Position numbers and translations under genes: made by a program | Shown here: positions 46,063-54,347 of the stretch, in pieces | Numbering within the stretch: position 1 is the stretch's first letter | Layout: every line of letters starts with the position of its first letter | The notes under the pieces: generated by a model | The model's input: only the letters and a program-made list of their open reading frames with translations | Told to the model about the DNA's origin: nothing | Database searches by the model: none | Assembly (NCBI GenBank): GCA_036338695.1 | Contig: JAYZBQ010000026.1 | Location: 1 to 64,000 of the forward strand | DNA length: 64,000 bases | Direction: 5' to 3' | Source of the DNA: Myxococcota bacterium | GTDB lineage: Bacteria; Myxococcota; UBA4151

Positions 46063-47145
46063 ATGCGAGCGGTTTCACTGGCGAGCTTGATGGGGCTGAT
46101 GGCGTGTGGCGTCGACGTCGCAACGCCGAGCCTGCTCGCTGATGCAGCGACGGGGCTGGAGGGGGCGACGCCCGGTGACACCGGCGCCAGCACCCCGCCC
46201 GTTGCGAGCGACGCGTCAGCGCTCCCATCCGATCGGCCCGATGGCGGCGCGTGGCGTGCAGAGGCGGGCCCTGTAAACGGCCGAGCCGACGCAGCGAGCC
46301 CGCCGCGCGAAGACGATCACGCCAACAGGATGGGCCTCGGGACAAACGTTCCGCTCAACTCGCAAACAGCCGGCGTTATCAATTACGAGGAGGACATCGA
46401 CTTCTTCGTGTTCCGGACCGCTGGGCGCGGCGAGTATCGGATCGCCACCGAAGGACGCGTCGACACCTTCTGCGCACTCTACACGGCGGACGGGCGCCCC
46501 CTCTACTCCAACGACAACAGCGGCTCGCGTCAAAACTGTGAAATTCTTGAGCGCCTCAACGCGCAGACCGAGCACGCGGTGAGCGTTCGTCACTTCGACC
46601 CCGACTCACGAGGTGGACGCTACCAACTGGTCATCGAAGGCCCCTTGAGCGACCGAGAGCCGATCTGCGGGAACACCCTGATCGAAGAGGGCGAGCAGTG
46701 TGATGATGGGAACCGACGAAACGGCGACGGCTGCGACGCAGACTGTCAGCGCGAGCAAGCCACGGTGACGCTCCCACGCGGCTGTCAGGCGGTCGAGACG
46801 CGGCCGCGCCGGACCGCCCTGTGTTGGCAGCCGCGTGCGCGTCAAGCAGCTGCCGATCACTGCGAAACCGCCGGGATGACCCTGGTGACCATCGATGATG
46901 AACGCGACAACGCCATCTTGTTTCAAGCCTCGAACCGCACCAGCCCTTGGATCGGACTGAGTGATCAACGCGAGGAAGACCTCTGGGTCTGGGACAGCCG
47001 TACCAGCGGCTACGTCAACTGGAACCGGGGGGAGCCCAATGACTGGAACGGGAATGAAGACTGCGTGCAGATGACGACGAGCGGTCGCTGGAACGACGTC
47101 AACTGCGGCAGCCGCCTCATGTTCTTCTGTGAGGACCCGCGCTAG
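46063..47145 (+). CDS. Lipoprotein with PPC-like domain, myxococcal Cys-rich repeat and C-type lectin domain
   Basis: LMAC lipobox; DIDFFVF...NDNSG PPC-like domain; CGNTLIEEGEQCDDGNRRNGDGCDADC; lectin motifs WIGLSD, GEPND, EDC, WNDVNC, FFCE. Confidence 0.85.
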   Translation: MRAVSLASLMGLMACGVDVATPSLLADAATGLEGATPGDTGASTPPVASDASALPSDRPDGGAWRAEAGPVNGRADAASPPREDDHANRMGLGTNVPLNSQTAGVINYEEDIDFFVFRTAGRGEYRIATEGRVDTFCALYTADGRPLYSNDNSGSRQNCEILERLNAQTEHAVSVRHFDPDSRGGRYQLVIEGPLSDREPICGNTLIEEGEQCDDGNRRNGDGCDADCQREQATVTLPRGCQAVETRPRRTALCWQPRARQAAADHCETAGMTLVTIDDERDNAILFQASNRTSPWIGLSDQREEDLWVWDSRTSGYVNWNRGEPNDWNGNEDCVQMTTSGRWNDVNCGSRLMFFCEDPR

Positions 47146-47148
47146 CGA

Positions 47149-47649
47149 TCAGGCTTCGCCGAGCCGCCCAAAAAGGCGGTCGAGGAGCAACGCGACGAAG
47201 AAGCTCAGCAGCATGAGCGCAGCGATGCCACCGAGGAACACCACCCACAACATGGAGGTCCTCCGAAACGGCACCTCGGACGCCTCTTCGTACGCGCTGA
47301 TCTCGCCGCCGCTCATCTCACCGCGGAAGTAGCGAAGATCGGTGCCTGCGTCGCAACGAGCGATCATCTCTTGACCCGAGGCAAAGTTCCTCAAAGTGAT
47401 TGAGACCAGCTCGCTCTCGGCGCCCACAAAGACGCCATCATCTGCGCCCTCGACGACCTTACACCCCATGGCTTGGGCAGATCCGGCTCGAAACACCAGG
47501 TCGACCGCTCGGGTGACCTTACCGCCTGCGTTGCGCACACGGACCGAGTCCTGGCCTTGCACCTCGTAGACGATCGCTGCAGGCCCGACGAGCTCATCGC
47601 TCTGGCAGGCTGTCGTCACCAGCAGCGCTGCGACGGTCCAGACCCTCAC
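47149..47649 (-). CDS. Hypothetical lipoprotein with C-terminal TM helix
   Basis: GTG start overlapping the upstream stop; MRVWTVAALLVTTAC; C-terminal MLWVVFLGGIAALMLLSFFVALLL. Confidence 0.6.
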   Translation of the reverse strand: MRVWTVAALLVTTACQSDELVGPAAIVYEVQGQDSVRVRNAGGKVTRAVDLVFRAGSAQAMGCKVVEGADDGVFVGAESELVSITLRNFASGQEMIARCDAGTDLRYFRGEMSGGEISAYEEASEVPFRRTSMLWVVFLGGIAALMLLSFFVALLLDRLFGRLGEA

Positions 47650-50249
47650 GCAACGACCTTGCGGCGGCGACGAAGCGCGAGGAGCGGCACCAGCCAAAGC
47701 AAAGCGCTCAGATCGGTTGCGCCGCAGCCACACCCTTGACCCGCATCGATGAGCGCCATGTCACCGCCGGCCAAGTCCGCTGGCTCGAGCGAATCGATCT
47801 GATCAAAGGCGAGGATTTGCCGCGCAACACGCCCGGAGCCGTCTTCAGCGCGCAGCGTGACTCGGGCAGCGTCAGCCGGCCACGGCGCCTCCAGCGCGCC
47901 GAACCCTTCAGCGATCACCTCACCATCGGCGCTGAGCTCGATGCGCAGCTGATCGGCGCTCCAGACGCGGTCCCAGGCGGAGACGGTCAGGAGCTCACCC
48001 GAGCGCTGCACGCTCAAGTTCGGCGGCTCCGTGTCAATCACGACGTCGAGCACCGCCGGCGTCCGATCGGTTGTGGCTGGGTTGCCCGCCACGCGCCCGC
48101 GCAGTTCGATGCGGTGATGCCCTTGAAGACTCAGCACATGGCTCCGCAGCGAGACAACCTGCCCGTCATCGGCGGGCTGCGCCGTTCGCCACAAGCCATC
48201 ATCGACCCGCCAGCTGACCTCATAGCCCGTTCTTCCCGCGCCGGTCAGCCCGAGCTTGACCTTCACCTCCGGAACGTAGACCGCGCCCGGATGCGTCACC
48301 CGGTAGGCTTCGGTGTGACCGTCGACGACCTCTACGAGCTCAGCACGCGTCCCGACCTCAAGGGTGTTCGGCTGACCATTGTTGATCCCCAGCGATGCGA
48401 AGAGACCCAAGAAATCGAACCGGTCGAGACCGTCCTCGCCCGGTTCAGGCCGCGGGCGAATACCGCCGATCGAGTCGACCGCTAGATTGAAAATACCAAG
48501 CTCAGGCAGCGCAAACGCGCTGTCGAGGTTCCCCAACAACAGCGGCAGCGCCAGCTCAAGGAGGGCCGGGATCGCCTCAGCGATCTCCTCTTCCGACTCC
48601 AGCAAGATCTTGGCGTCTTGGACCTCAACTCCAGCGATCCAGGACCCGGGGTCGCTCATGGCGAGCACCAGGTTGTTGTCACCATCAAGCGTCAGCCCCA
48701 ACCCAACCCTCAAGTCAGCCAGGATGGTCGCCACCTGAACGAAGCGCTCCTGAATCATGAGCTCAAAGTTGATCGCTAAGTCGTCCACCTTGATGTGCAT
48801 GAGCGGCTCGACCATGACCCGCTCACCGTCTTGAATCTCGTAGCGTCCAGCGCCGATCTCGAGCGACGGCACAGCCCTCGGCACCAAGCTCAGACGCATC
48901 GGCGCGGGCGACGGCTGGTGCCCGGCGATCAGCTCATTGATCGAGGGCATCAGCAGGCTCAAGGTCCCCGATGAGATCAGCTCGGAGAGCTCAGCGCCCA
49001 CCTTGATGCAGAGCGCGCCCCCTTGATGGAACCCCAACAAGGCTTGCTCCATATACTGCTGCGCCAAGCCAAAGCCGACATGAAACGGGATCTGAACGCG
49101 ATTGCCCTCGCCGTCCAGGCAGTACCCTTCGCTGCACGTGTTCCCATCGCCGCACTCGTTGTCGCGGCCTTCGCAGCGCCGATCTGCCGAGTCGTTGAAC
49201 TGAACCGGGCTGATCTCAGGGATCGCTGTCTCAAGCGCTGGGACACAGGCTGACGGCTCTTCAGCGCGCGCACCGCCCATCAAGCCGACCTCCACGCCGC
49301 CGCCACGCGTACCCGTCGTACCCCCCGCAACCAAACCGATATCAACCTCACCCGCCAGCAGACCGTCGGGTCCCTGCCCCTCGAGCGCTTGGCTCAGGTC
49401 GAGCCGCCCTTCGACCCCGAGCGCGATCGGCACCTTCGCGCCACCCGGGAAACGACAATACCCTTCGGAGCACTCGGTGTTATCGGGGCATCCGTTGTCA
49501 CAGTTCTGGAACAAGTTTTCGTCGACGGCGTCTCGGATGGCGTCGCTTAGCGAGTCGTTGATCGTCCCGCGCAGCAGCCCGATGATGACGCCACGCAGCC
49601 AGTTCAAACCGCCACAGAGCCTCACGTCGTTGCTGTCGATCGAGAACTCAGGGTCACCGACCTCGATCGCCATGCGGCGAAGGGGGTTGTCCGCCCGCAG
49701 CGTCAGCGGCACTCCGACGCGCTTGTTGTTCGCTCGAACCGTCATGTCACAACGGATAAACGACCACCTAACCTTGATCGGGTCGGAGCTGATGTCCATC
49801 CGCGCCTCGACGTTGATTCGGTCGGGTTCAACCGGGTTCATCTCGACGTTGCGCATGTCGATGTACACGTTGCAGTCGCGCCGACCTGCACCCTGACAGA
49901 TGCGGGCGCCGCTGCTGTTCGTCGGGGGGACCCGAAACCCGATCGTCGAGATCGGCTCGCCATTGCGCACGCAGCGACCGTCCGAGCAGCTTGCGTCACG
50001 GGGGCACGGGGTCTCACCGTCCGGGCAGGTCATGCCCACAAAGCTGCCCAAGATCGGGTTGATGTTGCTCTCGATGAAATCGAGCCCGGCGCCCGTCAAG
50101 CGCACCTGCCCCGCGCTGTTGGCGAGCTCGTCGACTGGAAACCCGCCCTCAAGCGGCTCGAGGCACGCGCAGCCACCACAGCCACCGCCGCCGCCACAAG
50201 CCATGACGGTGAGCACGAGAAGGGACAAAAGCAGATGCCGAGGTTTCAC
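47646..50249 (-). CDS. Large Cys-rich surface protein with BPI/LBP-like motifs and MYXO-CTERM-type sorting tail
   Basis: AGGAGG RBS, GTG start MKPRHLLL...VMAC; GQVRLTGAGLDFI and VGFGLAQQYMEQAL...GGAL; three Cys-rich inserts; tail GCGC-ATDLSALLWLVPLLAL-RRRRK. Confidence 0.7.
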   Translation of the reverse strand: MKPRHLLLSLLVLTVMACGGGGGCGGCACLEPLEGGFPVDELANSAGQVRLTGAGLDFIESNINPILGSFVGMTCPDGETPCPRDASCSDGRCVRNGEPISTIGFRVPPTNSSGARICQGAGRRDCNVYIDMRNVEMNPVEPDRINVEARMDISSDPIKVRWSFIRCDMTVRANNKRVGVPLTLRADNPLRRMAIEVGDPEFSIDSNDVRLCGGLNWLRGVIIGLLRGTINDSLSDAIRDAVDENLFQNCDNGCPDNTECSEGYCRFPGGAKVPIALGVEGRLDLSQALEGQGPDGLLAGEVDIGLVAGGTTGTRGGGVEVGLMGGARAEEPSACVPALETAIPEISPVQFNDSADRRCEGRDNECGDGNTCSEGYCLDGEGNRVQIPFHVGFGLAQQYMEQALLGFHQGGALCIKVGAELSELISSGTLSLLMPSINELIAGHQPSPAPMRLSLVPRAVPSLEIGAGRYEIQDGERVMVEPLMHIKVDDLAINFELMIQERFVQVATILADLRVGLGLTLDGDNNLVLAMSDPGSWIAGVEVQDAKILLESEEEIAEAIPALLELALPLLLGNLDSAFALPELGIFNLAVDSIGGIRPRPEPGEDGLDRFDFLGLFASLGINNGQPNTLEVGTRAELVEVVDGHTEAYRVTHPGAVYVPEVKVKLGLTGAGRTGYEVSWRVDDGLWRTAQPADDGQVVSLRSHVLSLQGHHRIELRGRVAGNPATTDRTPAVLDVVIDTEPPNLSVQRSGELLTVSAWDRVWSADQLRIELSADGEVIAEGFGALEAPWPADAARVTLRAEDGSGRVARQILAFDQIDSLEPADLAGGDMALIDAGQGCGCGATDLSALLWLVPLLALRRRRKVVA

Positions 50250-50323
50250 CAGTAGCGCCTCCTGCCGCAAGGTAGCCTGCGCTGACCCGCAGGGTCAATG
50301 TGGTGAGCATGCCAGACGGGCGC

Positions 50324-50359
50324 AAAAAAGCACGACGAGAGGCGCCAGGCCTCTCGTCG
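50324..50359 (-). terminator. Intrinsic (rho-independent) terminator
   Basis: Perfect 11-bp stem CGACGAGAGGC / GCCTCTCGTCG with 5-nt loop, followed on the minus strand by TGC-TTTTTT; 25 bp downstream of the TPR gene stop. Confidence 0.85.
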
Positions 50360-50384
50360 CTGTCTCGGACATCAGCCGATGCGA

Positions 50385-52145
50385 TCAGCCTTTGCCGTCC
50401 GCCTTATCCTGCCAGACCTTGGCCTTACGCTTGTCGCCCTTAGCACGCCAGAAGCGGGCATAGAGCCGGTAGACGCGGCGCGTCGTGTGGACATCGTAGC
50501 CTTGACCCGCATAGAGGTTGCCCGCCTTTTGAATAGCGGCTTCCGCCTCGGACCAGCTCTTGTGGGCGATGTACAAGTTGGCGAGTGCTTCTTGGGTGTC
50601 GGGCCGCGCCATCTGCTTGGGCTCGTTACCCAACCAGTTCTCGTACACCTTCTGGGCTGCGCCTTTGTCCCCCTTGAGGATCATGGCGTTCGCCTTCATG
50701 AGGTTCAGCGTGCGGCGAGCGCTCCCCGGGGTGTTCGAAGACAGCGCCTTCTCCACCAAGCCGCTTTTCTCATTCAGGATCTCATCAGCGAGGCGAGCCT
50801 TGGTCTTCTTGTCCTTGCTTGCGGCACCACGTCCCAACGCAATCTGCATCTTCCAGACGAAGCGATCGTAATCGTCGGAGACCATCTGGTTGCGGTCCTT
50901 ACCCGCCAGCTTCTTGCCGTCGCGGCGGTACTTGGCGTCTTCATAGATGCGCAGCAGCTTGTCGGCCAAGTCGTAGGCCTGAGCGTTGATCGCTGCGTCA
51001 AGCGCCCCTGCGGCGCGAGCCGAGTGCAGCGGGTCCGTTTTGGTCAGCGCTTTGACGAGGTGCTTCTCCGCCCCCGCAAGGTCCTTCTCGGCGAGCGCTA
51101 GACGGCCGCGAAGGTAACCGACCTTGGCTTGCTCAGCAGCGACCACGAGCGGTGATTTCAGCTTGGCGATCGCCTTGTCCACTTTAGCCAGCGCCTTGCG
51201 TGCGTCGTCGAACTTGCCGTTGCGGTAGGCGGCCTCTGCGTAGGTGTTCGCCACGATTGCCTGCCCCACGGCGCTGAGCTCTCCGCCGACTTTCTTGAAG
51301 TCTTTCTCAGCCTTCTTGAGGCGCTTTTCGACCTCGTTGAACTTGGGCAGCGTCCCCTTGGGGTCCTTGCCGTACTGCAAGCCGTAGTACATCTGCAGCG
51401 CTAGATAACGCAGCCGCTTCTTCTTGGCAGGGCCGCTGGTCAAGGTGCTCAGCGCCTTCATCGAACCCGTCAGGTTGTCGGCGCGGTAGCTCGCCTCGGC
51501 GAGCGCGGTGGCGAACCAAACATTGTTCGCCGCCGCTTCTGCAGCCTTACGGATCTGCTCGGCCCCCGCTCCCGCCTCGCCGCGCATGGTCTGCGCAAGC
51601 CCAAAGACAAAGAAGAGGTCCCCGGAGTTACCGCCCTTTTCGAAGATCGCCTTGAGATCAGCGATCACCTTGTCCGGCTTGTTGTCCGCCAAGTCGAGCA
51701 GCGCCTGGGCAGCGAATCGCTCGCCCTTTTCAAAACCATTCGCTTCCGCCACTTCGAGCGCCGCCAGCGCACGGGTTCGGGCTTCGGCGTCGCCATCATG
51801 CAGGAGGCTCTGCGCTTCAAGCAACGCCAGCTTGGAGGTGGCGATGGCGTCGTCGCTGACCTCGACGAGGGCGTCGTTGAACGCCTTGCGTGCGCGGTTG
51901 ACGGCGCCAAAGCTACCGTCGTTATCGAGCACCTCGATCGCCTCTTTGATCTTCGCTTGGGCGGCTTCAAACCGCTGCAAGTCGGCGTACTGCATGTACA
52001 CCAAGCCGCCACCGAGCCCGGCAACCAAAATGACAGAGCCGAGGAAGGTACCGGCGCCCACGTTGGACTCCTTGCGGCTTCCCCACGCCTCTTCTTCTTC
52101 GGCAAAGGTTTGTTCTTCGTCGAGGATCGGGTCTTCGTTGCTCAT
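50385..52145 (-). CDS. Membrane-anchored, Lys/Ala-rich TPR protein
   Basis: Acidic N-terminus, one TM (FLGSVILVAGLGGGLVYM), TPR-like helices (YAEAAYRNGKFDDARKAL, YLRGRLALAEKDLAGAEKHL). Confidence 0.7.
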   Translation of the reverse strand: MSNEDPILDEEQTFAEEEEAWGSRKESNVGAGTFLGSVILVAGLGGGLVYMQYADLQRFEAAQAKIKEAIEVLDNDGSFGAVNRARKAFNDALVEVSDDAIATSKLALLEAQSLLHDGDAEARTRALAALEVAEANGFEKGERFAAQALLDLADNKPDKVIADLKAIFEKGGNSGDLFFVFGLAQTMRGEAGAGAEQIRKAAEAAANNVWFATALAEASYRADNLTGSMKALSTLTSGPAKKKRLRYLALQMYYGLQYGKDPKGTLPKFNEVEKRLKKAEKDFKKVGGELSAVGQAIVANTYAEAAYRNGKFDDARKALAKVDKAIAKLKSPLVVAAEQAKVGYLRGRLALAEKDLAGAEKHLVKALTKTDPLHSARAAGALDAAINAQAYDLADKLLRIYEDAKYRRDGKKLAGKDRNQMVSDDYDRFVWKMQIALGRGAASKDKKTKARLADEILNEKSGLVEKALSSNTPGSARRTLNLMKANAMILKGDKGAAQKVYENWLGNEPKQMARPDTQEALANLYIAHKSWSEAEAAIQKAGNLYAGQGYDVHTTRRVYRLYARFWRAKGDKRKAKVWQDKADGKG

Positions 52146-52373
52146 GGCAGATCCTTATCGTTTTCAGGGGGCTCGTCGTCGCCCCGTGGTGTCGGTCCTT
52201 AGCGAGGCCGGCAAACAAGGTCAACGACCTGAAGACCGTCATCTGCCTTATCGGTTGCGGCGAGCACGCCGCTGGCTAAAGTGTTGGAGAGCAAGAAAGA
52301 TTGAGCAGGCGGGAAAAACTGTGGACGTCAAACGGTTTGTCACTAACAGTGGCGCCGTCGGAGGAACATCGCT

Positions 52374-53600
52374 TTGAGCCCCAAGTCGCAGAGCAAAGAG
52401 TTGGTGTGCAGCTTCTGCGGAGCACCGCAGAGTGAGGTCAAGCGCCTGATCGCAGGACCGGGCGTCTACATCTGCGACCGGTGCATCCACGACTGCCTCG
52501 GGATCATCGAGGACAGCGCCCGCGTCGAGCTCGTGCCCCCCTCACCGCGCGCCATCAAGGGGCACCTCGACCAGTACGTCATCGGGCAAGACCGCGCCAA
52601 AGTGGCGCTCGCCGTGGGCGTGTACAACCACTACAAGCGGATCACCCAGGACCGCAACGCCGAGACCGAGATCGAGAAATCGAACATCATGATGGTCGGT
52701 CCAACGGGCACGGGAAAAACGCTCCTCGTCCGATCGCTGGCGCGCTTTCTCGACGTCCCCTACACCGTCGCCGATGCGACGACCCTCACAGAGGCTGGCT
52801 ACGTCGGCGAAGACGTCGAGTCGATCATCTCCAACCTGCTCAACGCAGCAGAAGGCGACGCCAGCATGGCAGAGCGCGGGATCGTCTACATCGACGAGAT
52901 CGACAAGATCGCCCGCCGAGGCGGGAGCCAAGGTGAGTCACGCGACGTCTCGGGCGAAGGGGTCCAGCAGGGATTGCTCAAGCTGATCGAGGGCACACGC
53001 GTCCAGGTCACCAACCGCGGCAGGAACGGTGCCGCCACCGAGAGCACAACGGTCGATACCACCAATATCCTGTTCATCGTGGGCGGCTCCTTCACCGGGA
53101 TCGAGCAGATCATCAGCGCTCGCCTCGGTAAGCGCGTCATCGGTTTTCGCTCGGACGCCGAGTCGCAAGAGCGAGCGTCTGACTCACTGACGGCGCTGCT
53201 CCGGCAGACCCAGGTAGCGGACGTCATCAAGTTTGGGCTGATCCCCGAATTTGCAGGCAGGATCCCCATCCTGTGCACGCTCGACGAGCTGAGCGAGGAT
53301 GATCTGATCCACATCCTCACCGAGCCCAAGAATGCGTTGGTCCGGCAGTACAAGAAGCTGTTCAAGGCGAAAGGGGTTATGCTGGACTTCGAGCATGAGG
53401 CGCTCAAGCGCATCGCCTCGGTGGCGGTCGAACGCAAAGGCGGCGCTCGCAGCTTGCGCAGCATCGTCGAGTCGGCGCTCCTCGATATCGAGTACGAGGT
53501 GCCTTACCAGGCTGACATCGAGCGCTGCGTGATCACCGCCGGCGTCATCGACGGCGAAGGCGCACCCCAGCTCCAATACAAAGAGCGAAAGACGGCCTAG
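52374..53600 (+). CDS. clpX: ATP-dependent Clp protease ATP-binding subunit ClpX (divergent paralog)
   Basis: CSFCG...CDRC zinc domain, YNHYKR, GPTGTGKT, TEAGYVGEDVE, YIDEIDKI, DVSGEGVQQ, IGF loop, GARSLR; GGAGG RBS. Confidence 0.93.
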   Translation: MSPKSQSKELVCSFCGAPQSEVKRLIAGPGVYICDRCIHDCLGIIEDSARVELVPPSPRAIKGHLDQYVIGQDRAKVALAVGVYNHYKRITQDRNAETEIEKSNIMMVGPTGTGKTLLVRSLARFLDVPYTVADATTLTEAGYVGEDVESIISNLLNAAEGDASMAERGIVYIDEIDKIARRGGSQGESRDVSGEGVQQGLLKLIEGTRVQVTNRGRNGAATESTTVDTTNILFIVGGSFTGIEQIISARLGKRVIGFRSDAESQERASDSLTALLRQTQVADVIKFGLIPEFAGRIPILCTLDELSEDDLIHILTEPKNALVRQYKKLFKAKGVMLDFEHEALKRIASVAVERKGGARSLRSIVESALLDIEYEVPYQADIERCVITAGVIDGEGAPQLQYKERKTA

Positions 53601-53615
53601 CGGTCAGGCCTCACG

Positions 53616-54347
53616 CTAGACGTGCATCCCGCCGTTGACGCCGAGCACTTGCCCGGTGATGTAGCCCGCGCCCGCGCTCGCTAAGAAAACGACCGTCTGA
53701 GCGATCTCATCCGGGCTCGCCATGCGCCCCATGGGCACCTCGCCGAGGATGGCTTCACGACGCGCCTCCGGCAGGGCGCGCGTCATGTCTGTATCGACAA
53801 AGCCAGGCGCCACGCAGTTGACCGTGATCCCGCGGCTTGCGAGCTCTTTCGCGCTGCTGCGCGTCAAGCCTTCAAGCCCGGCTTTGGCCGCGCAGTAAGC
53901 TGGCTGACCCGCGCTCCCGGCTGCGGCGACCACCGACCCGATGTTGATGATGCGACCTTGACGCGCCTTGAGCATCGGCCGCGCGACCGCCTTGGTGGTT
54001 AGGAAGGCGCCTCGCAGGTTGGTGGCGAGCACCTTCTCCCAGTCATCCAGCTTGAAGCGCATCAACAGACCGTCGATGGAGATCCCCGCGTTGTTGACCA
54101 ACACGTCGATGCGGCCATGCTCGGCTAAGATCGACTTTATGGCGGCGGTGACCGCCTCTTCATCGCCGACATCAAAGCGCAGCGTCTGCCCCGTCCCGCC
54201 GGTCGCCTCCACCGCAGCTAAGGTCTCTTGCGCAGCGGCTTCGTTGCCTGCGTAGTTAATGATGACGTGGTGACCCGACTGCGCCAGCGCACAGGCGATG
54301 GCGCGCCCAATTCCCCGGCTCGCGCCGGTGACCAATGCGATGCTCAT
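53616..54347 (-). CDS. fabG: 3-oxoacyl-ACP reductase
   Basis: VTGASRGIG, VNNAGI, YCAAKAG, VAPGFVDTDMT, VNGGM. Start at the ATGA overlap with fabD. Confidence 0.95.
   Translation of the reverse strand: MSIALVTGASRGIGRAIACALAQSGHHVIINYAGNEAAAQETLAAVEATGGTGQTLRFDVGDEEAVTAAIKSILAEHGRIDVLVNNAGISIDGLLMRFKLDDWEKVLATNLRGAFLTTKAVARPMLKARQGRIINIGSVVAAAGSAGQPAYCAAKAGLEGLTRSSAKELASRGITVNCVAPGFVDTDMTRALPEARREAILGEVPMGRMASPDEIAQTVVFLASAGAGYITGQVLGVNGGMHV

Noticed and set aside
50300..50320. TGGCA on the minus strand as a sigma54 -24 element
   Set aside because: No TTGC at the -12 position with the required spacing.
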